Assembly (NCBI GenBank): GCA_011682695.1
Contig: JAACED010000005.1
Coordinates: 2,488-66,487, forward strand
Length of the DNA stretch: 64,000 nucleotides
DNA from: Gammaproteobacteria bacterium
GTDB taxonomy: Bacteria > Actinomycetota > Acidimicrobiia > Spongiisociales > UBA4744
Direction: 5' to 3'
Under the pieces are notes generated by a model. That model saw only the letters and a program-made list of their open reading frames with translations. It ran no database searches and was not told the origin of the DNA. Position numbers and translations under genes: made by a program. Position 1 is the stretch's first letter; every line of letters starts with the position of its first letter. Below, piece by piece: positions 1 to 9,358 of this stretch.

Positions 1-101
1 CCGGTGCAGCCGCCAACGATGACAGCGTTTGCGGCGGCCGGGAACAGCACTACGGCTGTGATCAGGAACCCGGCAAGAAGCAGACTCCACAGGCGTCTCA
101 A
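1..101 (-). CDS. Partial secreted protein, N-terminus only (runs off window start)
   Basis: Minus strand GAGGAGG RBS, then TTG and MRRLWSLLLAGFLITAVVLFPAAANAVIVGGCT, which looks like a signal peptide; not in ORF track. Confidence 0.55.
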   Translation of the reverse strand, partial: MRRLWSLLLAGFLITAVVLFPAAANAVIVGGCT

Positions 102-172
102 AGTGGCCCTCCTCTCGTTGTCCTGAACCTATCAGATCGAGAGGAACGATCAATGGAAAAGGTCGTGCCGGC

Positions 173-805
173 TCATCTCTCGGGGAGCACAACGAGCAGG
201 TTTCCGTCGGCGACGCCGATTTCCACCTGTTCGCCGAGGAACCGGTTTGACATCCCTCGAGTGCCGCCGGGTTGGAGGTCCTCGTCGTGCAGCGGCCATT
301 GCAGACCGGAGGTTCGAACACGGTGCACCGGTCCACCGAATGCCAGCAGGCTGATGGTCTCTCCCGGTGCGCCGTGCAGGTGCAACGTTCCGTTGACTCG
401 GTACGCCGTGCCCGTCCCGGTCCGCCACTCCACGTCGAGTCCCGTCTGCGCGGCCAGGAGCGAGGCATTGGCCAGGAAGTGGTCCATGCGGCCGCCGTGC
501 CCACCGATCACGATGACCGAGGAGACGCCTTCCTCGCGCGCATGCGCCAACGCGAGTTCGAGATCCGTGGCATCCTTGTCCACCGGATGGTGCTGGATTC
601 GAGTGCCCAGGCGCTTTGTGTTTTCGAGCGCCGTCGCCGACACGGAATCGAGATCACCGATCACGATGTCGACGCGAATGCCGAGCGTCGCGGCCAGATC
701 CACCCCGGAGTCCGCGGCGATCACGTATGCGTCTCCAGGAAGCCCGTCCAGGACCGCCACAGGGACCTGGTCGCCTCCGGAGATGATGATTGCCATGTCG
801 GTCAT
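173..805 (-). CDS. thiN: Thiamine pyrophosphokinase
   Basis: Motifs IAADSG, IGDLDS, DKDATDLELAL, GGRMDHFLAN, TSGLQWPL and GMSN; start is ATG 805 or 796. Confidence 0.9.
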   Translation of the reverse strand: MTDMAIIISGGDQVPVAVLDGLPGDAYVIAADSGVDLAATLGIRVDIVIGDLDSVSATALENTKRLGTRIQHHPVDKDATDLELALAHAREEGVSSVIVIGGHGGRMDHFLANASLLAAQTGLDVEWRTGTGTAYRVNGTLHLHGAPGETISLLAFGGPVHRVRTSGLQWPLHDEDLQPGGTRGMSNRFLGEQVEIGVADGNLLVVLPER

Positions 806-866
806 TTCTTCAGGATAGAGGAGGAGCCTCACCGTGAACGGATGGTTGAGGCGAATGACAAAATCG

Positions 867-915
867 TCTTACGCGCATTCTGCGCGTAAGAATCCGCTGA
901 CCTGGGGATTCAGCG
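867..915. terminator. Two adjacent intergenic hairpins
   Basis: tcttacgcgca-ttc-tgcgcgtaaga (11 bp, 867-891) and cgctga-N9-tcagcg (895-915), between the S9 peptidase stop and thiN. Confidence 0.4.
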
Positions 916-941
916 AGACCTCAGGGGAGTTCGACAATGTC

Positions 942-2900
942 TCAACTACTGGTTGAGGCCCTGTCGAGATGGCGAGCAAGCCACGTCTGGACCTCTTGAT
1001 ACCAGTGCAGAGAGTTCTGCGGCTTGAGGATCCAGTGGTTCTCGTCGGGGTAGTAGACAAGGCGCGCCTCCACTCCCTTGGCTTTCAGGATCCCGTAGAA
1101 CTCCAGGCCCTGTGTCGATGGAACGCGAAAGTCGCGCTCCCCGGCGATGACGAGTGTGGGAGTCCGGCAGCCTGCGGTGTGCCGTGCGGGGTTCCAGCGG
1201 TCCACCGTGTCGGGGTCTTCCCAGTAGTCGGCACCGTAGGAGCGGATCCTGCCCATCGTCACGTCCGACGCATACATGCCCGGCAGGTCGGTGACCGCCG
1301 CGTGGGCGACTGCACACGCGAATCGGTCGGTCTGTGTCGTGAGCCAGGTCGTCAGATAGCCGCCGTAGGAACCTCCGGCGATGGCCATGCGGTCCTCGTC
1401 GAGAAACCCTCGTTCGAGGAGGTGGTCGGTCGCCGACAGGATGTCCTGCGTGGGCAGATCGCCCCAGGCGCCTTGAATCGATGTCGCGAAGTCCTGGCCC
1501 CAGGAAGTCGATCCGTGGAAGTTGACCAATGCAACGACATAGCCGGGTGCCGCGAACGTATGTGCGTTCCATCGGAAGTGAAACGTGTCTCCGAAGATGC
1601 CATGGGGGCCCCCGTGGATCATATGCACGAGTGGCCAGCGGCGAGCTGGATCAAAGTCGGGCGGGTAGACGACGAACGCCTGGATCGGGTCGCCGTCAGC
1701 TCCTTCGAAGGTGATTTCTTCGACATTGCCCAGCCGGAGGTCCGCCATCGACTCTTCGGTGAAGTGGGTCAGTCGTTGGCTTCCGGATATGTCGACACTC
1801 ACGACTTCCGGGGGATGGCTGAGGTCCTGGAGGGTGGCGAACAGTGTGTCCGTGCCGGGCACCGGATGGCCAAAGGTCCCTCCTCGAGCAATCTGTCGTG
1901 GTTCCACGTCCTTCGGCGGCATCTGGTACAGATTTACCCGTGCGCGGTCCTCCGCGGTGAACACGAGGTCTCCTTGCGCGGTGAACTCCCATGAGGATGC
2001 GGAACGGTCCCAAGCTTCCGTGAGGACATGGTGTTCGTCCGGCTGCCGGTCATACCTCACCAGCCGAACGCGGTCCGCGTAGTAGTCGATTTCGCGTTGC
2101 ATTCCGTAGACGATGAGGGTTCCGTCCGGGCTGTAGCGGGGCCGAAGCTCATGCCCGGTGCCGTCAGGAGTGAGACAGCGGGTCGCTCCGCCGGCGACCG
2201 GGGTTGTGAAAACGGCGGTGCGAGGCCGGTCATGCGGCGGTGCACTCGTGTCGGCCGAGAAGGCGACTTCCCTTCCGTCCGGCGAAACATCGTAGGAGTC
2301 GGCTTCCTGATCCCAGCTCCACCACCGTTGCGAGTCGGGGATGAGGTCTCGGATCTCTCGCGAGGCGAAGTCGAACAAGAAGATGTGCGGAACGCTTCCA
2401 TCGGTCAGCCAGCGGTCCCAGTAGCGGTAGAGGCGGTCTTCGGTCACGTGGGCCTTGACCTTCGCATCCTCGCGCCGATCCCGCAGCTTCCGGGTGTCTT
2501 CGATGGTCGGTGCCTCGGTGAACAACGGCGAGAGGAAGAGCAGGCCGTCACCGTCGGGCATCCACTTGGGTCCGAGCACACCGAGCGGCATGTCGGTCAG
2601 GCACTCGGCCTCGCCTCCGTCGAGTGGCATCACATAGAGTTGCGCCGGCTCGTCGGGGCTCTCTGAGCGAACGAAGGCGATGCGGGCGCCGTCGAGCGCA
2701 ATGGCGGGGGACTTCGCATCGTGTTTCGGATTGGTGAGCAGCTTCGGCTCTCCGGGAGTGAGCAAGTACAGGCTGGTCGTCGCCTTGTTGTCGTCGAGAT
2801 CGAATCGCGTGACGGGAACCACGACAATCCCGCCGTTTGCGACCGGGTCGCCGACGCGGGGAAGTGTCCAGAGGTCGTTTGCAGTGATGGAACGTGTCAT
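942..2900 (-). CDS. S9 family (prolyl oligopeptidase/acylaminoacyl peptidase) serine peptidase
   Basis: PD40-like propeller repeats, IHGGP, GGSYGG nucleophile, DFRVP and DENH; TACATT box 7 nt before ATG 2900. Confidence 0.92.
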   Translation of the reverse strand: MTRSITANDLWTLPRVGDPVANGGIVVVPVTRFDLDDNKATTSLYLLTPGEPKLLTNPKHDAKSPAIALDGARIAFVRSESPDEPAQLYVMPLDGGEAECLTDMPLGVLGPKWMPDGDGLLFLSPLFTEAPTIEDTRKLRDRREDAKVKAHVTEDRLYRYWDRWLTDGSVPHIFLFDFASREIRDLIPDSQRWWSWDQEADSYDVSPDGREVAFSADTSAPPHDRPRTAVFTTPVAGGATRCLTPDGTGHELRPRYSPDGTLIVYGMQREIDYYADRVRLVRYDRQPDEHHVLTEAWDRSASSWEFTAQGDLVFTAEDRARVNLYQMPPKDVEPRQIARGGTFGHPVPGTDTLFATLQDLSHPPEVVSVDISGSQRLTHFTEESMADLRLGNVEEITFEGADGDPIQAFVVYPPDFDPARRWPLVHMIHGGPHGIFGDTFHFRWNAHTFAAPGYVVALVNFHGSTSWGQDFATSIQGAWGDLPTQDILSATDHLLERGFLDEDRMAIAGGSYGGYLTTWLTTQTDRFACAVAHAAVTDLPGMYASDVTMGRIRSYGADYWEDPDTVDRWNPARHTAGCRTPTLVIAGERDFRVPSTQGLEFYGILKAKGVEARLVYYPDENHWILKPQNSLHWYQEVQTWLARHLDRASTSS

Positions 2901-2946
2901 ATCGAGCAATGTAGTGGTGTGCGCGGCGGTGACGACCCGGCCGGGT

Positions 2947-4449
2947 CTACTCGCCGCTCCTCCTCCGCTTTCCCGGCTTGCGTCGGGTGGCGCGGTTCAA
3001 CGCCTGCATGCGCTGCTGCACCTCGGCAGTGACCGCGCCGGGAATCGCGCGCCACTGCCAATTGCCAGACGTGGTCCCGGGGCGGTTCATTCTGGCTTCT
3101 GTCGGGAGGTCGAGCAGATCCTGAAGCGGGGCCAGGGCGAGAACCGATCTCGACTTCCAAACAGCCCACATGCTGTCCCATGCGATTTGGCTGTCGTCGG
3201 TCCCCAGATACTCCAGCACGAATGAACGGCGGGCTTCATCGAGGCTGTCGAACCAGCCTCTGGTCGTGTCGTTGTCATGTGTTCCCGTGTATGCGACGCT
3301 ATTGCGCGGGTAGTTGTGGGGGAGGAACTCGCTGGTCCGGTCCGTGTCGAATCCGAACTGGAAGACTTTCATCCCGGGGAATCCCAAGAGATCGCGCAGG
3401 GCGGGCACTCGGGGATCCAGTTCGCCGAGATCCTCGGCGATGACCGGGAGCCTTCCGAGTTCTCGCTGGATGGTCTCGAAGAAGGTCTCTCCGGGTCCGT
3501 CGACCCACCTTCCCTTGGTCGCATCGCGTGCTCCACCGGGCACCTCCCAGTAGTTCACGAATCCACGGAAATGATCGATGCGGACGATGTCGACAAACCG
3601 AAGCACCGCGCGGAAACGCTCGGTCCACCACGCGAATCCGGTCCTTTGGTGCTCGTCCCAGCGATAGAGAGGATTGCCCCACAATTGGCCGGTCTCGGAG
3701 AAATAGTCGGGTGGCACTCCTGCCTGGAAGGCGGGCTCTCCAGTTTCGGTCAGCTGGAAGAGTTGACGGTTCGCCCACACGTCGGCGGAATCACCGGCGG
3801 CGAAGATCGGGATGTCTCCGATGATGCTGATGCCAAGCGAACGTGCACGGCGACGAAGCGCACTCCACTGACGAAAGAAGAGGAACTGGGCGAACTCGTG
3901 ACGGCGAATCTCAGTCGTGTAGGCCAGGGACGCCTTTTCCATCTGCGCCGGATCGCGATCTCTCAACAAGGGAGGCCACAACGTCCAGGAGTGACCGCCG
4001 TAGAGATCCTTCAGTGTCATGAAGAGGCCGTAATCGCCGACCCAATCCCGATGCGCATGGCGGAAGCGTTCGAAGTCGTCTTGTAGCGCACCGATGTTGT
4101 CGAAGGCGTGATTCACCAAGTCGCGTTTCCACGTGATGACAGCTCCGTAGTCGACACGATCGACGGGAAACGCAGGGGCGTTCTGGATCTCTGCTTCGTC
4201 GATCAGGCCTTCGGCAATGAGACTCTCGGGGCTGATCAGGTTGGGATTCCCGGCGAAGCTCGAGAAGCTTTGATATGGGGAGTCGGCGTAACCGGTCGGA
4301 CCGAGCGGGAGAACCTGCCACAGAGCACAGCCCATCTGCGTCAGCTGGTCGAGCCACGCATGTGCAGAAGGCCCGATGTCACCGATGCCGGGCGGGCCGG
4401 GAAGGCTCGTGGGGTGGACGAGCACGCCTGATGATCGGGTGAAGTGCAT
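2947..4449 (-). CDS. malQ: 4-alpha-glucanotransferase (GH77)
   Basis: HPTSLP, WQVLPLGP, GVPPDYFSETGQLWGNP, RIDHFRG, IAEDLG and YTGTHDNDT. Confidence 0.96.
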   Translation of the reverse strand: MHFTRSSGVLVHPTSLPGPPGIGDIGPSAHAWLDQLTQMGCALWQVLPLGPTGYADSPYQSFSSFAGNPNLISPESLIAEGLIDEAEIQNAPAFPVDRVDYGAVITWKRDLVNHAFDNIGALQDDFERFRHAHRDWVGDYGLFMTLKDLYGGHSWTLWPPLLRDRDPAQMEKASLAYTTEIRRHEFAQFLFFRQWSALRRRARSLGISIIGDIPIFAAGDSADVWANRQLFQLTETGEPAFQAGVPPDYFSETGQLWGNPLYRWDEHQRTGFAWWTERFRAVLRFVDIVRIDHFRGFVNYWEVPGGARDATKGRWVDGPGETFFETIQRELGRLPVIAEDLGELDPRVPALRDLLGFPGMKVFQFGFDTDRTSEFLPHNYPRNSVAYTGTHDNDTTRGWFDSLDEARRSFVLEYLGTDDSQIAWDSMWAVWKSRSVLALAPLQDLLDLPTEARMNRPGTTSGNWQWRAIPGAVTAEVQQRMQALNRATRRKPGKRRRSGE

Positions 4450-4497
4450 CCGAGCATTATTGCGCGGTCGCGCCGGGAATCGAACAATGATCGGTAG

Positions 4498-5721
4498 TCA
4501 ATCCGCGATGATCACGATCTCGAGTTCGTTTCTGGCCGCCGCCAGCGACGTCTCGACCTCGAGAGGAGTGCCGGCTCTGGCGAAGAGAAAGCCGAGATGG
4601 CGTGCCCCGTCGGGGAGCGGGATCACGTACGTACCCGGTGGGATCGTGACGGCAACCTCGGTGATGCCGGGCACAGCCCTGGCTGCGTCGAGACCGTTGA
4701 CCGTCCGCAACGTTCCCGCGCTCGGCACAGGGACCGCCAGCACTCCGGAAGCGATGTCTTCACGGTGGGTGTTCACGCGCATCCCCAGGGCATGCCTGAG
4801 CAGCAGATCCTCCAAGGTCGTTCCGAGGAGTCCGAAGTGCAAAGAACGGCCGCGCAATCCTCCGATCGAGCGAGCTGCGACTTCGATGATCGCCACCCGA
4901 CTCCCGTGGATGCGAAGCTTGGCGTGGATGGGACCTTCCCGTAGTCCCAGCGCCCGGACGGCGCGCGTCGCCACCGTCTCGACCTCCTCGAGGATCTCGG
5001 GGTGGAGTCTCGACGGTGTCACGAGCATGGTCTCTGCGAAGTACGGGCCGTCCATCGGCTCCGGCTTGTCGAAGAGAGCCAGGACACGTAAGGCTCCTTC
5101 GACGAGGAGGCCTTCCAGGACGATCTCCCTGCCCGGGATGTAGCGTTCGATGAGCACCAGTTCATTCGGATTCTGACCGGCAACGGCGAGTATACGACGG
5201 ATTCGTTCGACGACAGGCGGCACCTGAAGCGGGTGGTCGACTCTGATGACGCCTCTGCTTCCAGAGAGCGAGAGGGGCTTGAGTACGACCGGAGTTCCCA
5301 CGACTTCCGCAAGTGCGACGGTGTCGCTCGATGGCGCCGCGAGTTCGAAGGTGGGCTGTGGAACTTCGTGTTCGTTCAGCACGTTTCGCAGGATCGCCTT
5401 GTTGCGCGTGGCGGCAACCGATGCAGGGTGATTGTGCGCCAGTCCGAGCCCCTGGGAAGCAATCGCCGCGATCATGGCTCCGGCATCGTCCACCGGGATC
5501 ACGGCGTTGATCGGGCGACGGTCGCCCGCCTGGACGATGGCCTCCGCCGAACGGTGCAGGTCCCGAGAGTCGATGTGGATGAATCCCTCGCTGCTCATCG
5601 AGGCGTGACGCTTCTCGGAGGCGATGACCAGATCGACTCCCAGTGATCTGCCGGCCTCGATGAAGTCGTCGGCCCGGTAGGTTCCGGTGGGGAGAATGAG
5701 GACCGCTGTGCTCACGGGCAC
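4498..5721 (-). CDS. ATP-grasp domain protein
   Basis: PVVLKP..SGSRGVIR, LIERYIPG and IEVAAR motifs. Confidence 0.85.
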   Translation of the reverse strand: MPVSTAVLILPTGTYRADDFIEAGRSLGVDLVIASEKRHASMSSEGFIHIDSRDLHRSAEAIVQAGDRRPINAVIPVDDAGAMIAAIASQGLGLAHNHPASVAATRNKAILRNVLNEHEVPQPTFELAAPSSDTVALAEVVGTPVVLKPLSLSGSRGVIRVDHPLQVPPVVERIRRILAVAGQNPNELVLIERYIPGREIVLEGLLVEGALRVLALFDKPEPMDGPYFAETMLVTPSRLHPEILEEVETVATRAVRALGLREGPIHAKLRIHGSRVAIIEVAARSIGGLRGRSLHFGLLGTTLEDLLLRHALGMRVNTHREDIASGVLAVPVPSAGTLRTVNGLDAARAVPGITEVAVTIPPGTYVIPLPDGARHLGFLFARAGTPLEVETSLAAARNELEIVIIAD

Positions 5722-5820
5722 ATGATCGTCGTTTCTCGCCGTTAGAGGCCCTCAATCCGTGGGCGACCCTGTGCGTACGACGGGATGTTGCATGGGGCTT
5801 CCGGTACGATGTCACCCGCC

Positions 5821-6432
5821 ATGGCACAGACACTGACGATCACCGACCTCGCTCGCGCCAAGATCATAGAGATCCGGGACCAGGAGGACGGGGAAGTCGA
5901 AGCGGTGCTCTTGCTCGAAGTGAGCGGAATGCAGGGTGATGATTTCGCGTATGAGCTGAGCTTCGTACCGCTCCCACACGTGGAGCGGACGCATCGTATC
6001 GAGCGCCATGGTGAGCTTGCGCTCGCTCTGCGTAATGAAGACCTCGACAAGCTCGATGGCGCTCTTCTGGATGTGAGGGCCGGTGGATTGGCGATGCAGA
6101 ACCCGAACCGTCCTGCGAGCCCGACCTTTGATTCAGGATCGTCTGGGACGTTGGAGGGATCGTTGGCCGAGCAGGTCGCTCAAGTCATCACGCAACAGGT
6201 GAATCCGGCGATCGCTTCACATGGCGGCGCAGCGGAGCTCGCCGGTGTGGAAGGCCGGGACGTGTATCTGCGGCTGCTCGGCGGATGCCAAGGATGCGGA
6301 CTCGTCTCGGTCACATTGCGGCAGGGAATCGAGCAGATCCTTCGTCGTGTGATTCCGGACCTCGGAGAGATCATCGACGTTACCGACCATCAGGCCGGAA
6401 CGAATCCCCACTATGAATCCGAGAAGAAGTAG
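5821..6432 (+). CDS. nfuA: Fe-S carrier NfuA (degenerate A-type domain plus NifU-C domain)
   Basis: VNPAIASHGG, GGCQGC, TLRQGIE and DVTDHQAGTNP. Confidence 0.88.
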   Translation: MAQTLTITDLARAKIIEIRDQEDGEVEAVLLLEVSGMQGDDFAYELSFVPLPHVERTHRIERHGELALALRNEDLDKLDGALLDVRAGGLAMQNPNRPASPTFDSGSSGTLEGSLAEQVAQVITQQVNPAIASHGGAAELAGVEGRDVYLRLLGGCQGCGLVSVTLRQGIEQILRRVIPDLGEIIDVTDHQAGTNPHYESEKK

Positions 6433-6465
6433 TTGACACTCCCGGGGTCCCGATACTCTTGACGC

Positions 6466-7143
6466 ATGGACTGGCCGCGCACGGTCGAGGATCTTCGCGA
6501 TGTGCAGACTCGGCTTGGTTCGACACGGCCGTGTGTCTTCCCCGTGCCGGAGACCCCGTCCGTCGGCGGCGTGTTCGTCTGCTTTCCGAGAGGTGGGATG
6601 GGAGCAGGCGCTGCCGGTGACCCGGGATGGGCGGCGGCCGTGGTGATGCAGGGCAGGCGACGTGCTCAGGCTGCAACGGTGAGGGGCTCTGCGGGTGCCG
6701 CCTACCGGCCGGGATTCCTCGCCTTGCGTGAAGGGCCTCTCCTCGCAGCAGCCGTGGATGCTCTCGAGCGAAAGCCCGACGTGCTCATCGTCAACGCGAC
6801 CGGTCGTGACAATCCTCGCCGTTGTGGACTCGCCGTGCATCTCGGGGCCGTGCTCGACATTCCCACCGTCGGAGTTACGCACCGACCGCTCGTGGCGTCC
6901 GGGGCGTGGCCGCAGGAGGGGCGTTGGTCCAGATCCCCACTGATGTTGGGAGGAGAGGTCGTCGGGTACTGGTTTCGGACCAGTGTCGGGACACGTCCCG
7001 TATGTGTGCATGCCGGATGGCGAACCGGCCCGGACCTTGCCGTGGAGATCGTGAGGCTCGTGACGGGTCGGTTTCGTACTCCGGAACCCTTGCGTCGGGC
7101 GAGAACGGCTGCTCGTCGTTTTCGCACCGCACAACGTTTCTGA
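6466..7143 (+). CDS. nfi: Endonuclease V family protein with divergent active site
   Basis: YRPGFLALREG, PRRCGLAVHLG, PTVGV and PEPLR; catalytic Asp positions appear substituted. Confidence 0.8.
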   Translation: MDWPRTVEDLRDVQTRLGSTRPCVFPVPETPSVGGVFVCFPRGGMGAGAAGDPGWAAAVVMQGRRRAQAATVRGSAGAAYRPGFLALREGPLLAAAVDALERKPDVLIVNATGRDNPRRCGLAVHLGAVLDIPTVGVTHRPLVASGAWPQEGRWSRSPLMLGGEVVGYWFRTSVGTRPVCVHAGWRTGPDLAVEIVRLVTGRFRTPEPLRRARTAARRFRTAQRF

Positions 7144-7157
7144 TTCTGCTCGGTGAC

Positions 7158-7619
7158 CTATCCCTGTGGTGTCGGTATCAGCGCCTCTGCAATGCAGTTC
7201 ACGAAGTTCTCGATCGTGCCCTCTGCAACTCGATGGAGGAGCGCATCGTCGAAGATCTGTCCGATGGACCCCAGAGGGACCGTGTACGAGCCGCTGAGTC
7301 TGATCTGGGTCGTGTCCTTCGAGACCCGCAGCAAGTGCAGATCTGCCCGCATCATGGGGAAGAGCATCGGCGCACCCGTCGCTCTCCAGGAGATGGGAAT
7401 GATCAGGCTGTCCGGTCCCCGCTCAGGCGTAGCCGTCTCCAACACGACGGTCTTCGCAATCACCGGTGCAGTCTTTCCCACGCCGATTCTCGCTCGCAGT
7501 TCCTCGCCATTGCGGTACGCCTCATGAGCCCATCCGCCGAGTTCGCCGAGCACCGGCTCGAGTCGTTCGACGGCTACGTCGAAGGGCACAGGGACTTGCG
7601 AGAAATAGGAGACGAACAT
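7158..7619 (-). CDS. Hypothetical protein (153 aa)
   Basis: C-terminal part of track ORF 7158-8453 from ATG 7619 (MFVSYF...), preceded by AAAGGTGG RBS; fills the gap between genes. Confidence 0.7.
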   Translation of the reverse strand: MFVSYFSQVPVPFDVAVERLEPVLGELGGWAHEAYRNGEELRARIGVGKTAPVIAKTVVLETATPERGPDSLIIPISWRATGAPMLFPMMRADLHLLRVSKDTTQIRLSGSYTVPLGSIGQIFDDALLHRVAEGTIENFVNCIAEALIPTPQG

Positions 7620-7727
7620 GGACCACCTTTCGGTGCGCCAGAGTCTTGCAGGCCCGTGGGAGTACGACCAGGGTCGAACGGCCCTTCTCGCCACAGGTAG
7701 TGTTCGACGTGGACGAGGAGGATTCCC

Positions 7728-8522
7728 ATGCGAGAGGTCACGTTTGATGGCGCCGAGTGCCCTGTGTACTGCCGGGTGTGGGAGCCTGCGGACCGCGTCG
7801 ACCGGATCGTCCTGATCGTTCACGGCTACGCCGAACACGGCGGGCGCTACGAGCACGTAGCGGACGCTCTCGTTGGCGAAGGTGCGGCCGTATATGCGCC
7901 CGATCACATCGGACACGGTCTGTCGGGCGGAGAGCGTGCTCTGATCAGCGATTTCGAGCATGTTGTGGATGACCTGCATCACGTTGCCGCAATGGCTCGA
8001 AGCGAACATCCCGGCGTTCCGCTCATCGTTGTCGGGCATTCCATGGGGGGGTTGATCGGTGCGCGGCTCGCAGAGCGCTATCCAGACGAGGTGGCGGGCG
8101 TTGTGTTCATGGGCGCGGTGATTGGAGATTGGGATTGGGCGAGACAGGCCCTCGAGGATCCGTCGATGATGGCGACACCGTCGGATGTCGCCGGCATGTC
8201 CGGTGATCCGGCGGCCCAACGCTCCTATGCGGCGGACCCGTTGGTGTATCACGGTCTGTACAAGCGGCCGCTGCTCGTCGCGGAGGTGCAGGCACTCGAC
8301 CGGTTCAACGCCGAGCTGGATCGTCTCACGATGCCGATCTTGTTCATGCACGGGACCGATGATCCGTTCGTGCCGTATCAGACCTCCTTGGACGCGGTGC
8401 TCCGCATGCCGTCCACGGATGTGACGATCCGGCTGTTCAAGGGTGATCGGCACGAACTCGTGAACGAACGTGACCGTGCCGAGGTCATCGCCGAACTCTG
8501 CAGGTTCGTTGCCCGGTTCTGA
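7728..8522 (+). CDS. Alpha/beta hydrolase (lysophospholipase/monoacylglycerol lipase-like)
   Basis: VHGYAEH, DHIGHGLS, GHSMGG, HGTDD and RHELVNE; GAGGAGG RBS. Confidence 0.92.
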   Translation: MREVTFDGAECPVYCRVWEPADRVDRIVLIVHGYAEHGGRYEHVADALVGEGAAVYAPDHIGHGLSGGERALISDFEHVVDDLHHVAAMARSEHPGVPLIVVGHSMGGLIGARLAERYPDEVAGVVFMGAVIGDWDWARQALEDPSMMATPSDVAGMSGDPAAQRSYAADPLVYHGLYKRPLLVAEVQALDRFNAELDRLTMPILFMHGTDDPFVPYQTSLDAVLRMPSTDVTIRLFKGDRHELVNERDRAEVIAELCRFVARF

Positions 8523-8528
8523 GCCGTC

Positions 8529-9305
8529 CTACGTCCAGCCTTGCAGGTTGAAGAGCGCCGTGAGCCTGTCCGACATGTTCGGAGCAACTGTCCCCAGCCA
8601 CGCATAGACGCGTCCGCTGAAGGCGGGGACGTAGACCTCCGAGCGAGGCCGTCGGATCGCCGAGAGCACGGCGGTCGCCACCTTCTCGGGTGGCATCTTC
8701 TTTTGAATCTTCGGGACACGCAGTCCTTCGAAGGGAGCGGTGTCCACTCTTCCGGGGTAGATGCTCGTCACGGCGATGCCGCGGGCGGCGAGTTCCTGGC
8801 GGGCAACGCCGGCGAAACCCGAGAGAGCGTGCTTCGCCGCCGAATATGCCGCTTCCAGAGGGACGCCCTTCTTTCCGTCGAGGGAGTTGACGAATACCAA
8901 CTGACCGCCCTGCTCCAGGAACGGGAGCGCTTCGAGGGCAGTGTTGAGAGCCCCGAAGTAGTTCACCGCCATGACGGCGTGCCAATCCGCAGCGGTGGTT
9001 GCTTCGACAGGAGCTTTGAGCCAGATTCCGGCGTTCGCCACCACGACGTCGATTCGTCCCCATCGTTGCACGGTACGTTCGATCAGGCCGCGGACCTGGT
9101 CGCGATCGGTGACGTCGATGGGGACGGCGAGCGCCTGACCTCCGCTTGCGGCGATCTCGGCCGCCAGGTCTGTGAGGAGTGCCTCTCTGCGGGCCGCAAC
9201 GGCCACGTTGGCGCCGTGGGCACCGAGGGCGAGTGCGGTCGCCCTGCCGATCCCCGAAGAAGCGCCGGTGACGACCACGACGCTGTCTCGAATAGCCCGC
9301 CTCAT
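8529..9305 (-). CDS. SDR family oxidoreductase
   Basis: TGASSGIG, NAG and YSAAK. Confidence 0.93.
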   Translation of the reverse strand: MRRAIRDSVVVVTGASSGIGRATALALGAHGANVAVAARREALLTDLAAEIAASGGQALAVPIDVTDRDQVRGLIERTVQRWGRIDVVVANAGIWLKAPVEATTAADWHAVMAVNYFGALNTALEALPFLEQGGQLVFVNSLDGKKGVPLEAAYSAAKHALSGFAGVARQELAARGIAVTSIYPGRVDTAPFEGLRVPKIQKKMPPEKVATAVLSAIRRPRSEVYVPAFSGRVYAWLGTVAPNMSDRLTALFNLQGWT

Positions 9306-9358
9306 TCTCCTTCACTCTAGGAGGCTGCGACGTAGTCTGGACTGGCGAAGGAGGTGCG

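Noticed and set aside
833..941. TPP riboswitch upstream of thiN
   Set aside because: Hairpins are present, but the conserved CUGAGA and GAxCUG...UAAU...GCGxAGG core is absent on the minus strand
4840..4930. ATP-grasp HAKLR where HxE is usual
   Set aside because: A single-base difference could be natural variation or a sequencing error; insufficient evidence without an alignment
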